A stretch of DNA of 63,618 nt, counting the filler, from Octopus bimaculoides (lineage: Eukaryota): NCBI RefSeq assembly GCF_001194135.2. It is 5 parts of 5 records of this genome, joined end to end, with 100 filler letters (N's around TTAATTAATTAA, not from the genome) between each part and the next. Parts side by side here need not be neighbours in the genome. Positions count along the whole stretch, not along the records: positions 13,129 to 26,133 come from NC_068983.1; positions 26,234 to 56,238 come from NC_069003.1; 3 more parts are not named here. One strand, given 5' to 3'. The notes under the pieces were generated by a model. The model saw only the letters and a program-made list of their open reading frames with translations. It searched no databases and was not told the DNA's origin. Position numbers and translations under genes: made by a program. This document shows, one piece after another, positions 25,794 to 38,386 of this stretch; within the stretch, counting starts at the first letter, position 1, and the number at the start of each line of letters is the position of its first letter.

Positions 25794-26133
25794 TTGTTGT
25801 TGGTAATCCGTCGCTTACGACGTCGAGGGTTCCAGTTGATCCGATCAACGGAACAGCCTGCTCGTGAAATTAACGTGCAAGTGGCTGAGCACTCCACAGA
25901 CACGTGTACCCTTAACGTAGTTCTCGGGGATATTCAGCGTGACACAGTGTAACAAGGCTGACCCTTTGAATTACAGGCACAACAGAAACAGGAAGTAAGA
26001 GTGAGCGAAAGTTGTGGTGAAAGAGTACAGCAGGGTTCGCCACCATCCCCTGCCCGAACCTCGTGGAGCTTTAGGTGTTTTCGCTCAATAAACACTCACA
26101 ACGCCCGGTCTGGGAATCGAAACCGCGTTCCTA
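25794..26133 (-). mobile_element. SINE family B, cut by a scaffold linker
   Basis: Near-identical to the other two copies, with a (CAA)n tail at the left end. Confidence 0.92.
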
Positions 26134-26233
26134 NNNNNNNNNNNNNNNNNNNNNNNNNNNNNNNNNNNNNNNNNNNNTTAATTAATTAANNNNNNNNNNN
26201 NNNNNNNNNNNNNNNNNNNNNNNNNNNNNNNNN
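26134..26233. other. Artificial scaffold linker N44-TTAATTAATTAA-N44
   Basis: Exact structure as at 13029. Confidence 0.95.
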
Positions 26234-26697
26234 CGACAACGTTCTCGGGGAAACATTAGGCGTCGATGAAGATCAACTAACCGGTCGGTTTCGGAAAACT
26301 TTCGGGCCAGGGCCTATGGATAACTTCCAGAAATACCTTGCCTGGCAGTACTACTGAGGGGCGCTGCTTGTTCGGGATAAACTTTACAGGTACGGAAGTG
26401 CCGTCAGCCGGGCCTGCCCGAGGTGCGTCCAGAATAATGGAACCGTTCTGCGTACCCTAGTCCAGTGCCCGGGTATTGCTGACCTGTGGGTTTATGTCAA
26501 ACACCTGCTGTCGCGTGTAGGACAGATCCGGCTATCAGCTGAATCCATAATGAAGATTGCCCCTCTGCCCTCTTTTGGCCGGGAGGGGCAGGCAATTTTC
26601 ATTTGTCCAGTGGCTGTAGCGAAAGAGGTAGTATGGGGGACCCGTTTGAAAGGGCTAAAGGCAGAGACTTTCCTCTTTAGCCAAGCCCTCATCAAAA
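26234..26697 (+). pseudogene. Tx1/L1-clade LINE ORF2 C-terminal fragment (CCHC-like region)
   Basis: MDNFQKYLAWQYY..RACPRCVQNNGTVLRTLVQCP..KEVVWGTR; homologous to 3936-4918. Confidence 0.8.
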
Positions 26698-26875
26698 TGC
26701 TCAGCGGTATTTCGTCCGTCTTTACGTTCTGAGTTCAAATTCCACTGAGGTCAACTTTGCCTTTCATTCTTTCGGAGTCGATAAAATAAGTACTAGCCGA
26801 ACACTGGAGTCGATGTAATCGACTTAACACCTCCCCCGAATTTGCTGGCCTTGTGCCAAAATTTGAAATCACCAT
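26698..26875 (+). mobile_element. SINE family C unit interrupting the LINE fragment
   Basis: atgctcagcggtatttcgtccgtctttacgttctgagttcaaattcc...ccttgtgccaaaatttgaaatc. Confidence 0.85.
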
Positions 26876-27369
26876 TATCATTTTTAAATACTGCTTTTAT
26901 TCCTGAAGAATCAATCAATTTCTTATTTGTGTGTGTGTGTGTGTGTGTGTTTGTGTGTGTGTATGTGTATGCGTGAGAGAGAGAGAGGCAGTGAGCGCAT
27001 GTGTGTGTATGTATATATACATGCATGTGTATATATTTAGTTGGTTATCGTACGCACATACACATTCACGTATACACTCACGACATGCACGCATATTCAC
27101 ACACCTCTGATTTAATGACATATTGATCACTGGTCTGCTGGATCAAGGTTGGGTCGACTTGGGGTAAAACAACGACAATAACAGAAAGACAATGAAAGAA
27201 ACATCAGATAATGGATATGAGACGTATTGGTGCAACCGTTTCGCTTATTTGGCATCGCTGATTCGACGCTGACTTATTTGACATCAGACATTTTAATATT
27301 TCTCTTCTTTTAATGTCTCCCTCGTTCTCTCTCTCTCTCTCTCTCTGTCTGTCTGTCTCTCTGTCTGTC

Positions 27370-27408
<39 letters not shown>

Positions 27409-27429
27409 GTTTAAGCGCGTGTGCATATT

Positions 27430-27840
27430 TTCATATGTATGAGAGGGAAAGTGTTTTTGTCAACCGTATTCAATTAATATATTGCAACCTCTCTCTTTCA
27501 CTTATATGCGTCAACGTCTCGTTATATTTGTATGTGCAATCTCTTTCCCTTCCCACTCCCTCCCCTTCCCTCCTCCTTTCTCTTTGCTTATGTGTATCAA
27601 CATATTTCTCTTTAGGTTTATGAGGAAAGGGTAAGTGTTTACGTCAATCGCGTTCAATTAATAAACTGCAATGTTTCCTTTTGTTTGTTTCTTTCTCTCT
27701 CTTTCTTTCATTCTTTCTACCCCCCTTCTCTCTCTCTCTCTCTCTCTGCTTATGTGCGTCAGTATATTTCTCTTTAGGTTTATGAGAAGAGGGTAAGTGT
27801 TTACGTCAATCGCGTTCAATTAATAAACTGCAATATTTCC
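27430..27840. repeat. ~160-bp tandem duplication (two close copies and one diverged), interleaved with (CT)n
   Basis: gtaagtgtttacgtcaatcgcgttcaattaataaactgcaat occurs at 27631 and 27793 (spacing 162), with a diverged copy at ~27445. Confidence 0.9.
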
Positions 27841-27844
27841 CTTT

Positions 27845-27888
<44 letters not shown>

Positions 27889-28479
27889 TCATTCTTTCAT
27901 TCATTCGTTCTTTCTTTCATTCCTTCCTTCTCTCTTTCTTTCTCTCATTCATTCATACTTTCTTTTTCCCTCTCTCTCCTCTGTTTATATGTGTGAGCAT
28001 CTATATATCTTCGTGTGTGTAATGTCACTGTCTCTCTTTCTCTCTCCTCTCTCTTTCTCTCTCCTCTCTCTTTCTCTCTCCTCTCTCTTCGTCTCTCTCG
28101 ATCTGTATATGTATATTTCAGCGCACGCACATGCGTGTATGTGTGTTTGCCTCCAGTGCCAAAAAAGAACTGTCGCCAAAATGGGCTAAATGTCCAAATC
28201 ATCAACAGGCAGGCCAAATGATTAGCATCCAAACAGCCGCAGCAAATCATCTCATTCCGTGAAGACAATGTAGTCATGATAAACTTGATAAACTGTCTGA
28301 ATGCAAGACAGTATGTGGTCACTATTGGAACGCATTTGATCGTAAATCTACTGGGTCAGGCAGGACTGAACAGGACGGTAATAAATAGCTACACAGACAG
28401 CATATATCCAAATTAATATATTCAAAAGCATGCTGGTCAAAATTTGAAATTTTTCTATTCCGGTGGGTAGAAGTATTGT

Positions 28480-28499
28480 CGTCTTCATCATCATCATCA

Positions 28500-28536
<37 letters not shown>

Positions 28537-28650
28537 CACCACTACCATCGTCGTCGTCATCGTCGTCATTATCATCATCGTCGTCGTCAGAATCATCATT
28601 ATCATCATCATCATCGTCGTCGTCGTCGTCATCGCCATCATCATCGTTAT
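28480..28650. repeat. (TCA/TCG)n trinucleotide array
   Basis: Read directly; it produces the spurious poly-S, poly-D and poly-M ORFs. Confidence 0.95.
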
Positions 28651-29256
28651 TTTCCAATGCAAGTAGTTCGCCAGACCATTCCACCCCATTCCATTCCATA
28701 AGACCTTCATAAAGAATTGGCTCGTTTTTCGCTCTTGACGAAGCAGTCTCCAACAAGAACTGAATATTATAGTTTCCATTAGAAGGAGCAACAAAACGAT
28801 ACAAGAGTGGAAACCAAACTACACGGCTCATTAAGTATTCAATTAAGACAGAAATATGCCGGGCAAGCTTCACTTCATTCTCTATTCCGACGATGGGTAT
28901 AATACAGGTGTGTGTGTGTGTGTGTGTATGTATGTGTGTGTGTTCGCATGTGTGTCAGTTTGTGTGCTTGTGTATGTGTGAGCTTGTGTATGGTGATATA
29001 TGAGCACACAAACATAAAACATATACATATACACACACATATATGTATACATTATATGCATCTATGTAATACATATACACAAACATAAATATATTTATGC
29101 ATACTCATATAGACATATATATGTATGTGCGGGTACGCAGGCATGTGTACTTATAAAAGAGATTATGAAGTTATCCATGTATACGTATACATACACGTAG
29201 TCGTATATTTATGCATATATTCATATTCGTATGTATGTATGTATATATATATATGC

Positions 29257-29297
<41 letters not shown>

Positions 29298-30429
29298 NNN
29301 NNNNNNNNNNNNNNNNNNNNNNNNNNNNNNNNNNNNNNNNNNNNNNNNNNNNNNNNNNNNNNNNNNNNNNNNNNNNNNNNNNNNNNNNNNNNNNNNNNNN
29401 NNNNNNNNNNNNNNNNNNNNNNNNNNNNNNNNNNNNNNNNNNNNNNNNNNNNNNNNNNNNNNNNNNNNNNNNNNNNNNNNNNNNNNNNNNNNNNNNNNNN
29501 NNNNNNNNNNNNNNNNNNNNNNNNNNNNNNNNNNNNNNNNNNNNNNNNNNNNNNNNNNNNNNNNNNNNNNNNNNNNNNNNNNNNNNNNNNNNNNNNNNNN
29601 NNNNNNNNNNNNNNNNNNNNNNNNNNNNNNNNNNNNNNNNNNNNNNNNNNNNNNNNNNNNNNNNNNNNNNNNNNNNNNNNNNNNNNNNNNNNNNNNNNNN
29701 NNNNNNNNNNNNNNNNNNNNNNNNNNNNNNNNNNNNNNNNNNNNNNNNNNNNNNNNNNNNNNNNNNNNNNNNNTATATATATATAAATATATATATATAT
29801 ACATACATATATATATACACATACATATATGTATATGTATACCCATATACGTAAACGCATAAATGTTCAAAGCCATGCTGATTATCTTGGCGTTCTTTGA
29901 TTGCATTGCTCTCGCATGGATTGGTAACATCGGCCAACAATCGACTGACTGAATGACGAACGTAGGATGAGAAACAACAGGCTACTTCTGACTGATTTAC
30001 TCGCTCTCCACATAAATTAATACCACGTTTTTTTCCCTCCCTTTCTTCCTCACATTCTCCTTTTCTCTCTTTCTCTCTCTCATTTACCGCCCATGTACCC
30101 ATCCATTCCATTCCAGTATGTTCCAATCCTACCTATAGTTCTCTTCTGCTAGTTTCAGTGAAAAATTACTGACTTGTAACGTATACATTCTTGTTCAGAG
30201 GAGGAAGAAAAAACAACTGCACCCACGTCAAACTAAGCCACAAACAAGCATACAAAACAGTTAAAAGTCAATCGCCATAAAATTTCCGAGGGAAAGTTAA
30301 GATTTTTACACTAAAACAAAACCAAAGATACATAAAAGACAGTTAAACGCGCCCCCCCCCCCGCACACACGCATGCACGCACATACGCAGACGCACGAGT
30401 ATATATAAATATATATATATATATATATT

Positions 30430-30486
<57 letters not shown>

Positions 30487-30563
30487 TATATATATACATA
30501 CAAAACAGCATGTATGTATGTATGTGTGTGCGCGGGTGTGTAGTAATACACACATATACATCG

Positions 30564-30632
<69 letters not shown>

Positions 30633-30914
30633 TCAGTTCGTTGTGGCGGTTTATTTAGCAGAAAATTTAAAATGCTAAACTAAATACTTGTAGTTTTTAA
30701 ATTCTGCTTTTGGCAAAGATTGTAAATGGATGGCGGAAAGAAAAATCATTATCATTAAGTTTATTCAGTTGCCACCTATTCGAAATCGAGGCAGCACAAG
30801 TCATATGTGAAAGCCTCAACATGGGAACAGTCCAACTGCTAGACACGGTTGCTAAATCTCCCTCAAACTGCATTTTTCTGCTTTAAGAAAAGGACACTTT
30901 AATTGATTTGCTAC

Positions 30915-31075
30915 CTGGAGTGACTGTGTAGCAGGATGATTGCTTCCCAACCACATGGTCCCAAGTCCAGTGCCACTGTGTGGCTCCTTGGGCAAGTGCT
31001 GTCTACTATAGCACCAGGCCATTCAAAGCTTTGAGAGTGGGTTTGGTTGACGGAAACTGAAAGGAAGCCCATTAT
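30915..31075 (+). mobile_element. SINE family A, head half
   Basis: ggagtgactgtgtagc...ccaaccacatggtccc...ttgggcaagtg..ctactatagc...gacggaaactgaaaggaagccc followed by (TA)n. Confidence 0.75.
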
Positions 31076-31180
31076 ATATATATATATAATATAAAGTAAC
31101 AACAAAAGAATGGACCCTCGATATTAGATAAATAGAGGATTATTTATGTTATAATTTAGAACAAACAGTAAAAGGTTGTT

Positions 31181-31248
31181 ATTGTAGTACTCGGAGTTTC
31201 GAATGTCAGAGCGAGGAGCTACGATACATTCTCGTCAGCCATTAATGG
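31181..31248 (-). ncRNA. Type I hammerhead ribozyme motif (canonical core)
   Basis: Minus strand: auuaaUGG-CUGACGA-GAAUGU (19-nt loop) ACAUUC-GAAA-CUC C GAG-UA-CUAcaau. Stem II is a perfect 6 bp closed by G-C; stem III is the near-palindrome ACUCCGAGU; the triplet is GUA. Confidence 0.8.
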
Positions 31249-32704
31249 CAACAGACGCTATGAAAAACCGTTGAAGAAAAGGGAAGTTACTCTAATAGGT
31301 AGAAATACACGCAACCATATTCTCACAATACATATACATAAACCGCCTAGTTTACAACGTCTACATACGTATATACTCACACAAACATGTATACGTACGT
31401 GCACATACACACACACAAATATATATGTATGTACGTACTCAAACATACACACATATCCACACACGCGCACCCATATATATATGTATATGTGTACGCAAGC
31501 TCATCCTCATATACACATAGGTGCTTACATGCATACACGTAACATAATACATATATATTTAGACATTTATACGCATAAATATACGTATATATACAGAGAC
31601 ATATTTACACTCCCGCATATATATATACAAATATATGCATATCCGTATAAATGAAGGGGGCGTGTGCACGAAAGTCGCACATATGCACCGGACACAGTTT
31701 TGCACTCATATACATACATATACACATACACACGCACACACATATACATATAATATATATATACATATATACACACACACGTACACACTCACACAATTAA
31801 AAAGGAAAAAAATGAAAAATATATATAAAAATTTTTTTAAATGAATGGAAGTTAAACATATGGGAAAGTTTGTGCAGGAACATAGTAGAAATGTGGATTC
31901 TAACCGTGATATATATTACACACACATACACATATGTTTTATGATTATATGTTTGTGTTTGTTAGTTTACGTCCCTGTAAACTAGCGGTTCGTCATTAGG
32001 AATCGATAGCATAACTACCAGGTTAGAGGAAGTATACAAGTATCGGCGTCGATTCGTTCGGCTAAAACCCTCCTTAGTGAACTGGAGCAACGTGAAATAG
32101 TGCCTTGGCCAAGAACACAACACATACACACACATCTCCCTCTCTCTATCTATCTCTCTCTATCTCTCTATCTCTCTCTCTCTCTCTCTCTNNNNNNNNN
32201 NNNNNNNNNNNNNNNNNNNNNNNNNNNNNNNNNNNNNNNNNNNNNNNNNNNNNNNNNNNNNNNNNNNNNNNNNNNNNNNNNNNNNNNNNNNNNNNNNNNN
32301 NNNNNNNNNNNNNNNNNNNNNNNNNNNNNNNNNNNNNNNNNNNNNNNNNNNNNNNNNNNNNNNNNNNNNNNNNNNNNNNNNNNNNNNNNNNNNNNNNATA
32401 TATATATATATATATAATATATATATATATAAAACTTCTTTACGATAGAATTTTTATCAAGTTTCTAGGACCTGAGGTTTCATGTTGTCGAAAAGCAACA
32501 TTTTTGAAATACGAAAATGTTCTTAATTGAAATTAGCTCCCTAGTCAAAGAAAAGGAGACAAACATCTAACGGTAGTTGTTAGCGGCGCTCAGAGGACGA
32601 GTTGGAAAAATCCATTTCAAGAAATAAAGAAAGATTTACCCCAAGTTGGTTTATGTAATAAGAGGAAGAAATATCTGATTTTGGTTTGCAGGAAATGGGT
32701 GACA

Positions 32705-32746
32705 ACTGTGATCATGTTTCGGTATGTTAGACCTCATCGGCATAGT
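32705..32746 (-). ncRNA. Degenerate type I hammerhead motif
   Basis: Minus strand: ACUAUG-CCGAUGA-GGU cuaacau ACC-GAAA-C AU G-AU-CACAGU. Stem I pairs at 5 of 6 positions. It carries U4C and U16.1A substitutions, so it is probably inactive. Confidence 0.55.
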
Positions 32747-32859
32747 ACTGATACACATAAAATGTAGGATTGTTGCTGTTCAAACGTCTTTGGTAATAGG
32801 TCTGTTCGACCAGAGCTGGGCTATGATAACAACAACCACGGTAATAAGGTCAAAAATTA

Positions 32860-32868
32860 CTACTACTA

Positions 32869-32899
<31 letters not shown>

Positions 32900-32928
32900 C
32901 GCTACTACTACTGCAGCTGCTGCTGCTG

Positions 32929-32988
<60 letters not shown>

Positions 32989-32990
32989 TA
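32860..32990. repeat. Compound (TAC)n/(TGC)n microsatellite
   Basis: Read directly; the same layout occurs at 52925-53030. Confidence 0.95.
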
Positions 32991-33083
32991 TTCCTTTCAA
33001 TATCATCGAAATCTTTCAGGAATCGGTTATGCGATATTTGATATATCGCATATATAATTCTTGATAGGTGAAATATCGGTCCA

Positions 33084-33124
<41 letters not shown>

Positions 33125-34563
33125 CACACACACACGTACAGCTATGTACATGTACAAACCCACATACGGACATATATATACACATTTACAGAAACACACG
33201 AATGCAAACAGGCTCACGTATGAAGATACACATCCATATATGTACAGATATACACCGTTACACGGAGACATGTGCAGTAATATGCATATTCATGCACACA
33301 CAGCACACACATATTTAGACATGCAGATACCCGCGAACACATATATGAGACAAGCACGCACCTTAAGTACAAATACACACACACTGACTAAGCTACGTTG
33401 GACATACACACGCAAACGTATACATTCACACATACATACATATATACATACATACATACATATATGCTTACATACATAGACCTACACATAGACACACGGA
33501 TACATGAACGGGGACACCCTCTTCCTATACACACAAACTAGTAGATCCATTAGGTATACACATGCAGACACATATACACGTAATATATACAAGAAAAAAA
33601 AACACATACGCAGTCACATATTACACATATACTATACATGCAACAGCGAATTCGTATACATACATACGTATAGATACGCACACAGACAAAGACACATTCA
33701 CACACACGCAGATACACACACACACACACACACACGTACACATACATAGACGCGCGCACGCACACACACACAAGCGCATTAGAAAGTCACATGTGTGTAG
33801 TTTATAAGATATTAAATATGTCATATTATTACATGATATGGTTATATATGATATTAAACATATTCCCGTGTGGGTATATATCGTTCTGTGCTATATTAAA
33901 CATATCAGTCCACTATACTTTAAAGTATATAGATAGAATTCGTTTGAAATTTAATTATGATATCGTTTCACCCATCTCCTTCTCCTTCTCCTTCTTCTTC
34001 TTCTTCCTCTTCCGTCTCCTCCTCCCTCTCATCCTCCGAATATGTTTTATTGATTTATAAGCACAAGCAAAACACTTAACTTTATCAGATAGTAAACCTT
34101 CCCATCCCAACCACATTATATATTTTAATATGGATTTGTGTGGAGTTGAACAGTTGGTGATTTTTCTTTATCTTTTTTTTTTTTCCTTTTGTCCTTTATC
34201 TCTTATCTCTGATCTCTTATCTTTTTCTTGTTTCATTCATTGGACTGTGGCCATGCTGGGGTATCACCTTAAAGGCTTAGACGAACAAATCAACATCGGC
34301 ACTATTTTTTTTTTTTTTTCTACTTAGCCTTGCACTTATTCTATCGGTCTCTTTTTCCGCAACCATTAAGTTACGGGAACGTAAAGAAACCAACACGCGG
34401 AGGGTGAAGGTGGTGGTGGTGGTGGCCGAGGTGTCGCACAACTGGACTGAATCTAAAACCATGCGATCGCTAAACCAGCTTCTGGACCACGCGTCAAGTC
34501 TGCAGACGTTTCCCTTAATTGTGTTGAACTATTTTATACCTGACATCTTTTGCGAAATTTTTT

Positions 34564-35440
34564 GGATCTTTCTGATCTGGCGGGCGCCACTTGTTTTCTT
34601 AACGAAACACTTTCAAACTTGGGACACTGGTAGAATGTGTCATATAAAACATCTTTTACTCTTAGTGTTACTGAGAAAATTTTATCTTTTTAAGTTATTT
34701 CGTGTTAAAATTGTCGTACTTCGGTAATTTCAACCAATCACTGACGTCTATTGAGGTAAAAACAATTACTGCTGTGAAATGTAAACAACAGGTTCTAGTG
34801 GTGTAATGGGATCATTTCCCTTGAATAAAATTAGTGCCGTTGTTTGTCAACAACAACTATCGGCGGTACTGTTATTTATGACATCGTTCGTGCGTTTGTA
34901 CTGGTTTTAGCTTTAGGGTTTTAGGGTTAGAGTTCGGGTTTTAGACTTAGAGTTAGGGTTAGGGTTTGGGAAAAATACTCATAACCCTAACCCTAACCCT
35001 AAAACTCTAACCCTAATCCTAACACTAACCCTAACCCTAAAACCCTAACCCTAACTCTAAAACCCGAACCCTAACCCTAAAACCCTAAAGCTAAAACCAG
35101 TACAAACGCACGAACGATGTCATAAATAACAGTACCACCGATAGTTGTTATTGACAAACAATGGCACTAATTTTATTCAAGGGAAAAGATCCCATTACAC
35201 CGCTAGAACCTGTTGTTTACATTCCACAGCAGTAATTGTTTTCACCTCAATAGACGTCAGTGATTGGTTGAAATTACCGAAATACGACAACTTTTAACAT
35301 GAAATAACTTCGAATATGAAAATTTTTATCTGTTCTATAACACAAAATATACAAGTATACGAAGTTTTAAAGTGTTTCGGAAAAAAACACACTAAATAAA
35401 ACATAAATAATACGTGGCGCCCGCCAAATCAGAAAGATCC
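34564..35440. mobile_element. Foldback DNA transposon/MITE with ~400-bp inverted arms and central telomere-like repeats
   Basis: Termini are GGATCTTTCTGAT...ATCAGAAAGATCC. 34695-34970 is the reverse complement of ~35045-35310. The centre holds degenerate (TTAGGG)n followed by (CCCTAA)n. Confidence 0.9.
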
Positions 35441-35689
35441 GATTTTTTTTAGGTGCATGCATGGCTGTATGGTTATGAAGTCCACTCCCAGCTGTTGGGT
35501 GGACGATGACTCTACGAAGTTCATTCCCCTTTGATGGGTTTTGTTTTTCGTCCTGAAAACTGTCCAGCGAAAACTAACCTCCTTACCAAGCAAGTTTGGT
35601 AGAGTTGCCGGTTCAGTAGCCAAAAGCCTGACCGTTGTGGGTTATATATTGCCAGTAGCACTAAGAGTGACCTGATATACATACATACA

Positions 35690-36150
35690 TACTAGTGGAA
35701 TATTCTCATCAAAACTTCTGTCAAATGTAAACATAACAGGTCGGATATTGTTGTTTGGGACAGAGGAGCAAAGGTATGTACCATCATAGAGGTCATCTGC
35801 TCTGCAGATATAAATATCTCTTTGAAAATCAAAGAAAAAGAGGATATCTATGGACAACTGCTCCGAAACCTCCAGCTTCTATATCCAGACTATGAATTCA
35901 TATTCATACCAATAATAATTGGAGCACTAAGTTTTGTTAGTAAATGCTTAAAGGAGAATCTGGATAAACTGGGATTTTCAGAAAGAGAAACTGACCGGCT
36001 GATTCGTACATTACAAGTGCAATCTGTGAGTGGAACAGTAAAAATATGCAAGACTTTTCTCAAGTTCCAAATGTGAATTTGTCTGTGTTAACTACATCCC
36101 AAAGATGGAACCTTGTATCTTTGTTACACTCAATTGAAGGTACACAGAAA
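35690..36150 (+). pseudogene. RLE-type (R2 group, R4/Dong-like) non-LTR retrotransposon 3' fragment
   Basis: CKHNRSDIVVWD..IIEV..D.NI..K..EK..Y..L..IPIIIGAL matches the PD-(D/E)xK restriction-like endonuclease, ending at a stop at 36076. Confidence 0.85.
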
Positions 36151-37740
36151 ATTTGAAAAATATTTCAGTTATTCTCCATTTGAGGTACTGGGTTGAAGAT
36201 ATGCACACGATGACAAATGCATACGGAACACACACACACAGTGATATGCACACTCACATTATTAGTGCAAGTGCATCACCCCACCCTACAGATATGCACA
36301 CACATATGTACACACGCATGCGTATGCAAACATAAACCAACTTAGATAAACACAAATCCCCAAAAGAGTTGTTTTGACTTTAAAGAGCGTTGTCATTTTT
36401 TTAGTGACCAACTTGAATTGAGCAAAGGAAAAATCATTGCCAACTAAAAACATACATACATACATAATGCATATATGCATGCACACACACACATTTTCAC
36501 ACATGTATACTATATATTTATGCTTATATGTATGCATGTACGTATGTATATATGCATGTATTTTAATCATATATATGTGAATCTCTGTATCTAAATATAC
36601 ATATATATGTATATATACAAACATATATTCATGTATAAGGAAATGCAAACGCCCACGCACACATACACATTCACTCACACATGCACTTCGTATACATACT
36701 TACATACATACATTAAACATACTTACGCACACACACACACACATACATACATACATACATACATATACATACTTACCGTTGGTCATTAGCAATTTTTTTT
36801 TCTGGGTTTTCATACTTTCAATTTGTCATAAAAAAAAGCAAACGTTTTTAATTTCAAAGTTTTTGAAGTGTATATTAACAAGTAGCGTTAGTTTACGATT
36901 TGCAGCAATGCATTTTGTGTTGTGTTTTATGAGGCTTTTTTTAATAATACGTCCATCTATTCTATAGTTAGTATATATTTGATGTTACTAAATTGCTTGA
37001 GCGATGTATTCAAATTTACCGCGCTGTGAAAGAATCTTTTCAAAGAAATATCTTCGTTAAGTATTTCTACGAACAAAGAATATATTGCTGCAAGTGATGA
37101 CGTGTATGCATAATTGCTTCTAGGCTGAGGAGTGAGGGGGGGGGGGAAAGTTATTGATGAATACATATGGGCTGTACGAATCATTAACGACCTTTAAAGG
37201 TATGAGGCAAATAAATAAGTAACTGTATTAATATATTCCAGTATATTTTTGTATGAATACAGATAGAAAGCCATACACATACAAACGCAAGCAGGCACAC
37301 ACATGTATAGATATATAGATATTATAATGTATAAATGTTTTTATATGAATATTTATATATTTATTAGCTGTGACTCAAGGACTTTGAGTTTCTTTGCAAC
37401 GGTGCTTATGAAACACTCAAACACACCTATGTATACATGCATGTCTAATGACTGCATCTGTGTGTGTGTGTGTCCGTCTGTGTGTGTGTGTGTATGCACG
37501 CATGCATATATACATGCATACACATGTATATATATACACACGCATACATGTGTATGTATGCACAAGTGCATGTAAGTATGTTGCTATAAACACGTATTTG
37601 CACACATATGCATAAATATACACTCTCATATGTATATGTGTGTGTTGGTGAGAAAGAGAGAGAGTATGTGTGTGTGCGTATGTATGCATGAATATGCATG
37701 TATGTATGCATGTATATGTGTGTGTGTATGTATGTATATA

Positions 37741-37801
<61 letters not shown>

Positions 37802-38237
37802 NNNNNNNNNNNNNNNNNNNNNNNNNNNNNNNNNNNNNNNNNNNNNNNNNNNNNNNNNNNNNNNNNNNNNNNNNNNNNNNNNNNNNNNNNNNNNNNNNNN
37901 NNNNNNNNNNNNNNNNNNNNNNNNNNNNNNNNNNNNNNNNNNNNNNNNNNNNNNNNNNNNNNNNNNNNNNNNNNNNNNNNNNNNNNNNNNNNNNNNNNNN
38001 NNNNNNNNNNNNNNNNNNNNNNNNNNNNNNNNNNNNNNNNNNNNNNNNNNNNNNNNNNNNNNNNNNNNNNNNNNNNNNNNNNNNNNNNNNNNNNNNNNNN
38101 NNNNNNNNNNNNNNNNNNGTTTACATCACACGCAAACAACATATGAAGTTGTAACTTCGTACGTTTGGGAGCACTCATATATGTGTGTGTGTGTGTGTGT
38201 TAAATAAGACAACAAAGCCAAGGGTGTGTAGAATTTT

Positions 38238-38386
38238 CAGGTACTATTCATTTTTGCCAGTTGAGTGGACTGGAGCAACGTGAAATAAAGTGTCTTGCTC
38301 AAGGACACAACGCGTCGCCGGGAATCGAACTCACGACCTTACGATCGTGAGCCGAATGTCCTAACCACTAAACCACGCGCCTTCAC
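38238..38386 (-). mobile_element. tRNA-derived SINE family D head
   Basis: Minus strand gtgaaggcgcgtggtttagtggttagg...gtgagttcgattccc..ttgtgtccttgagcaagacac, with A and B boxes. Confidence 0.8.

Noticed and set aside
27225-27290. Hammerhead-like CUGAUGU...CGAAAC-G-GUU on the minus strand
   Set aside because: A9 is altered, stem II does not close at its base, and stem I is only 3 weak pairs.
28322-28873. 183-aa minus-strand ORF with a poly-D tract as a host gene
   Set aside because: Its length comes from a trinucleotide array; there is no recognisable domain and no good splice-site pair.
34905-35097. Relic telomere-telomere chromosome fusion
   Set aside because: The repeats are symmetric parts of a foldback element with matching termini.
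38238-38386. tRNA gene (also 41134, 58680-58743, 25000)
   Set aside because: A and B boxes are present but there is no acceptor-stem closure, and each continues into SINE body sequence.
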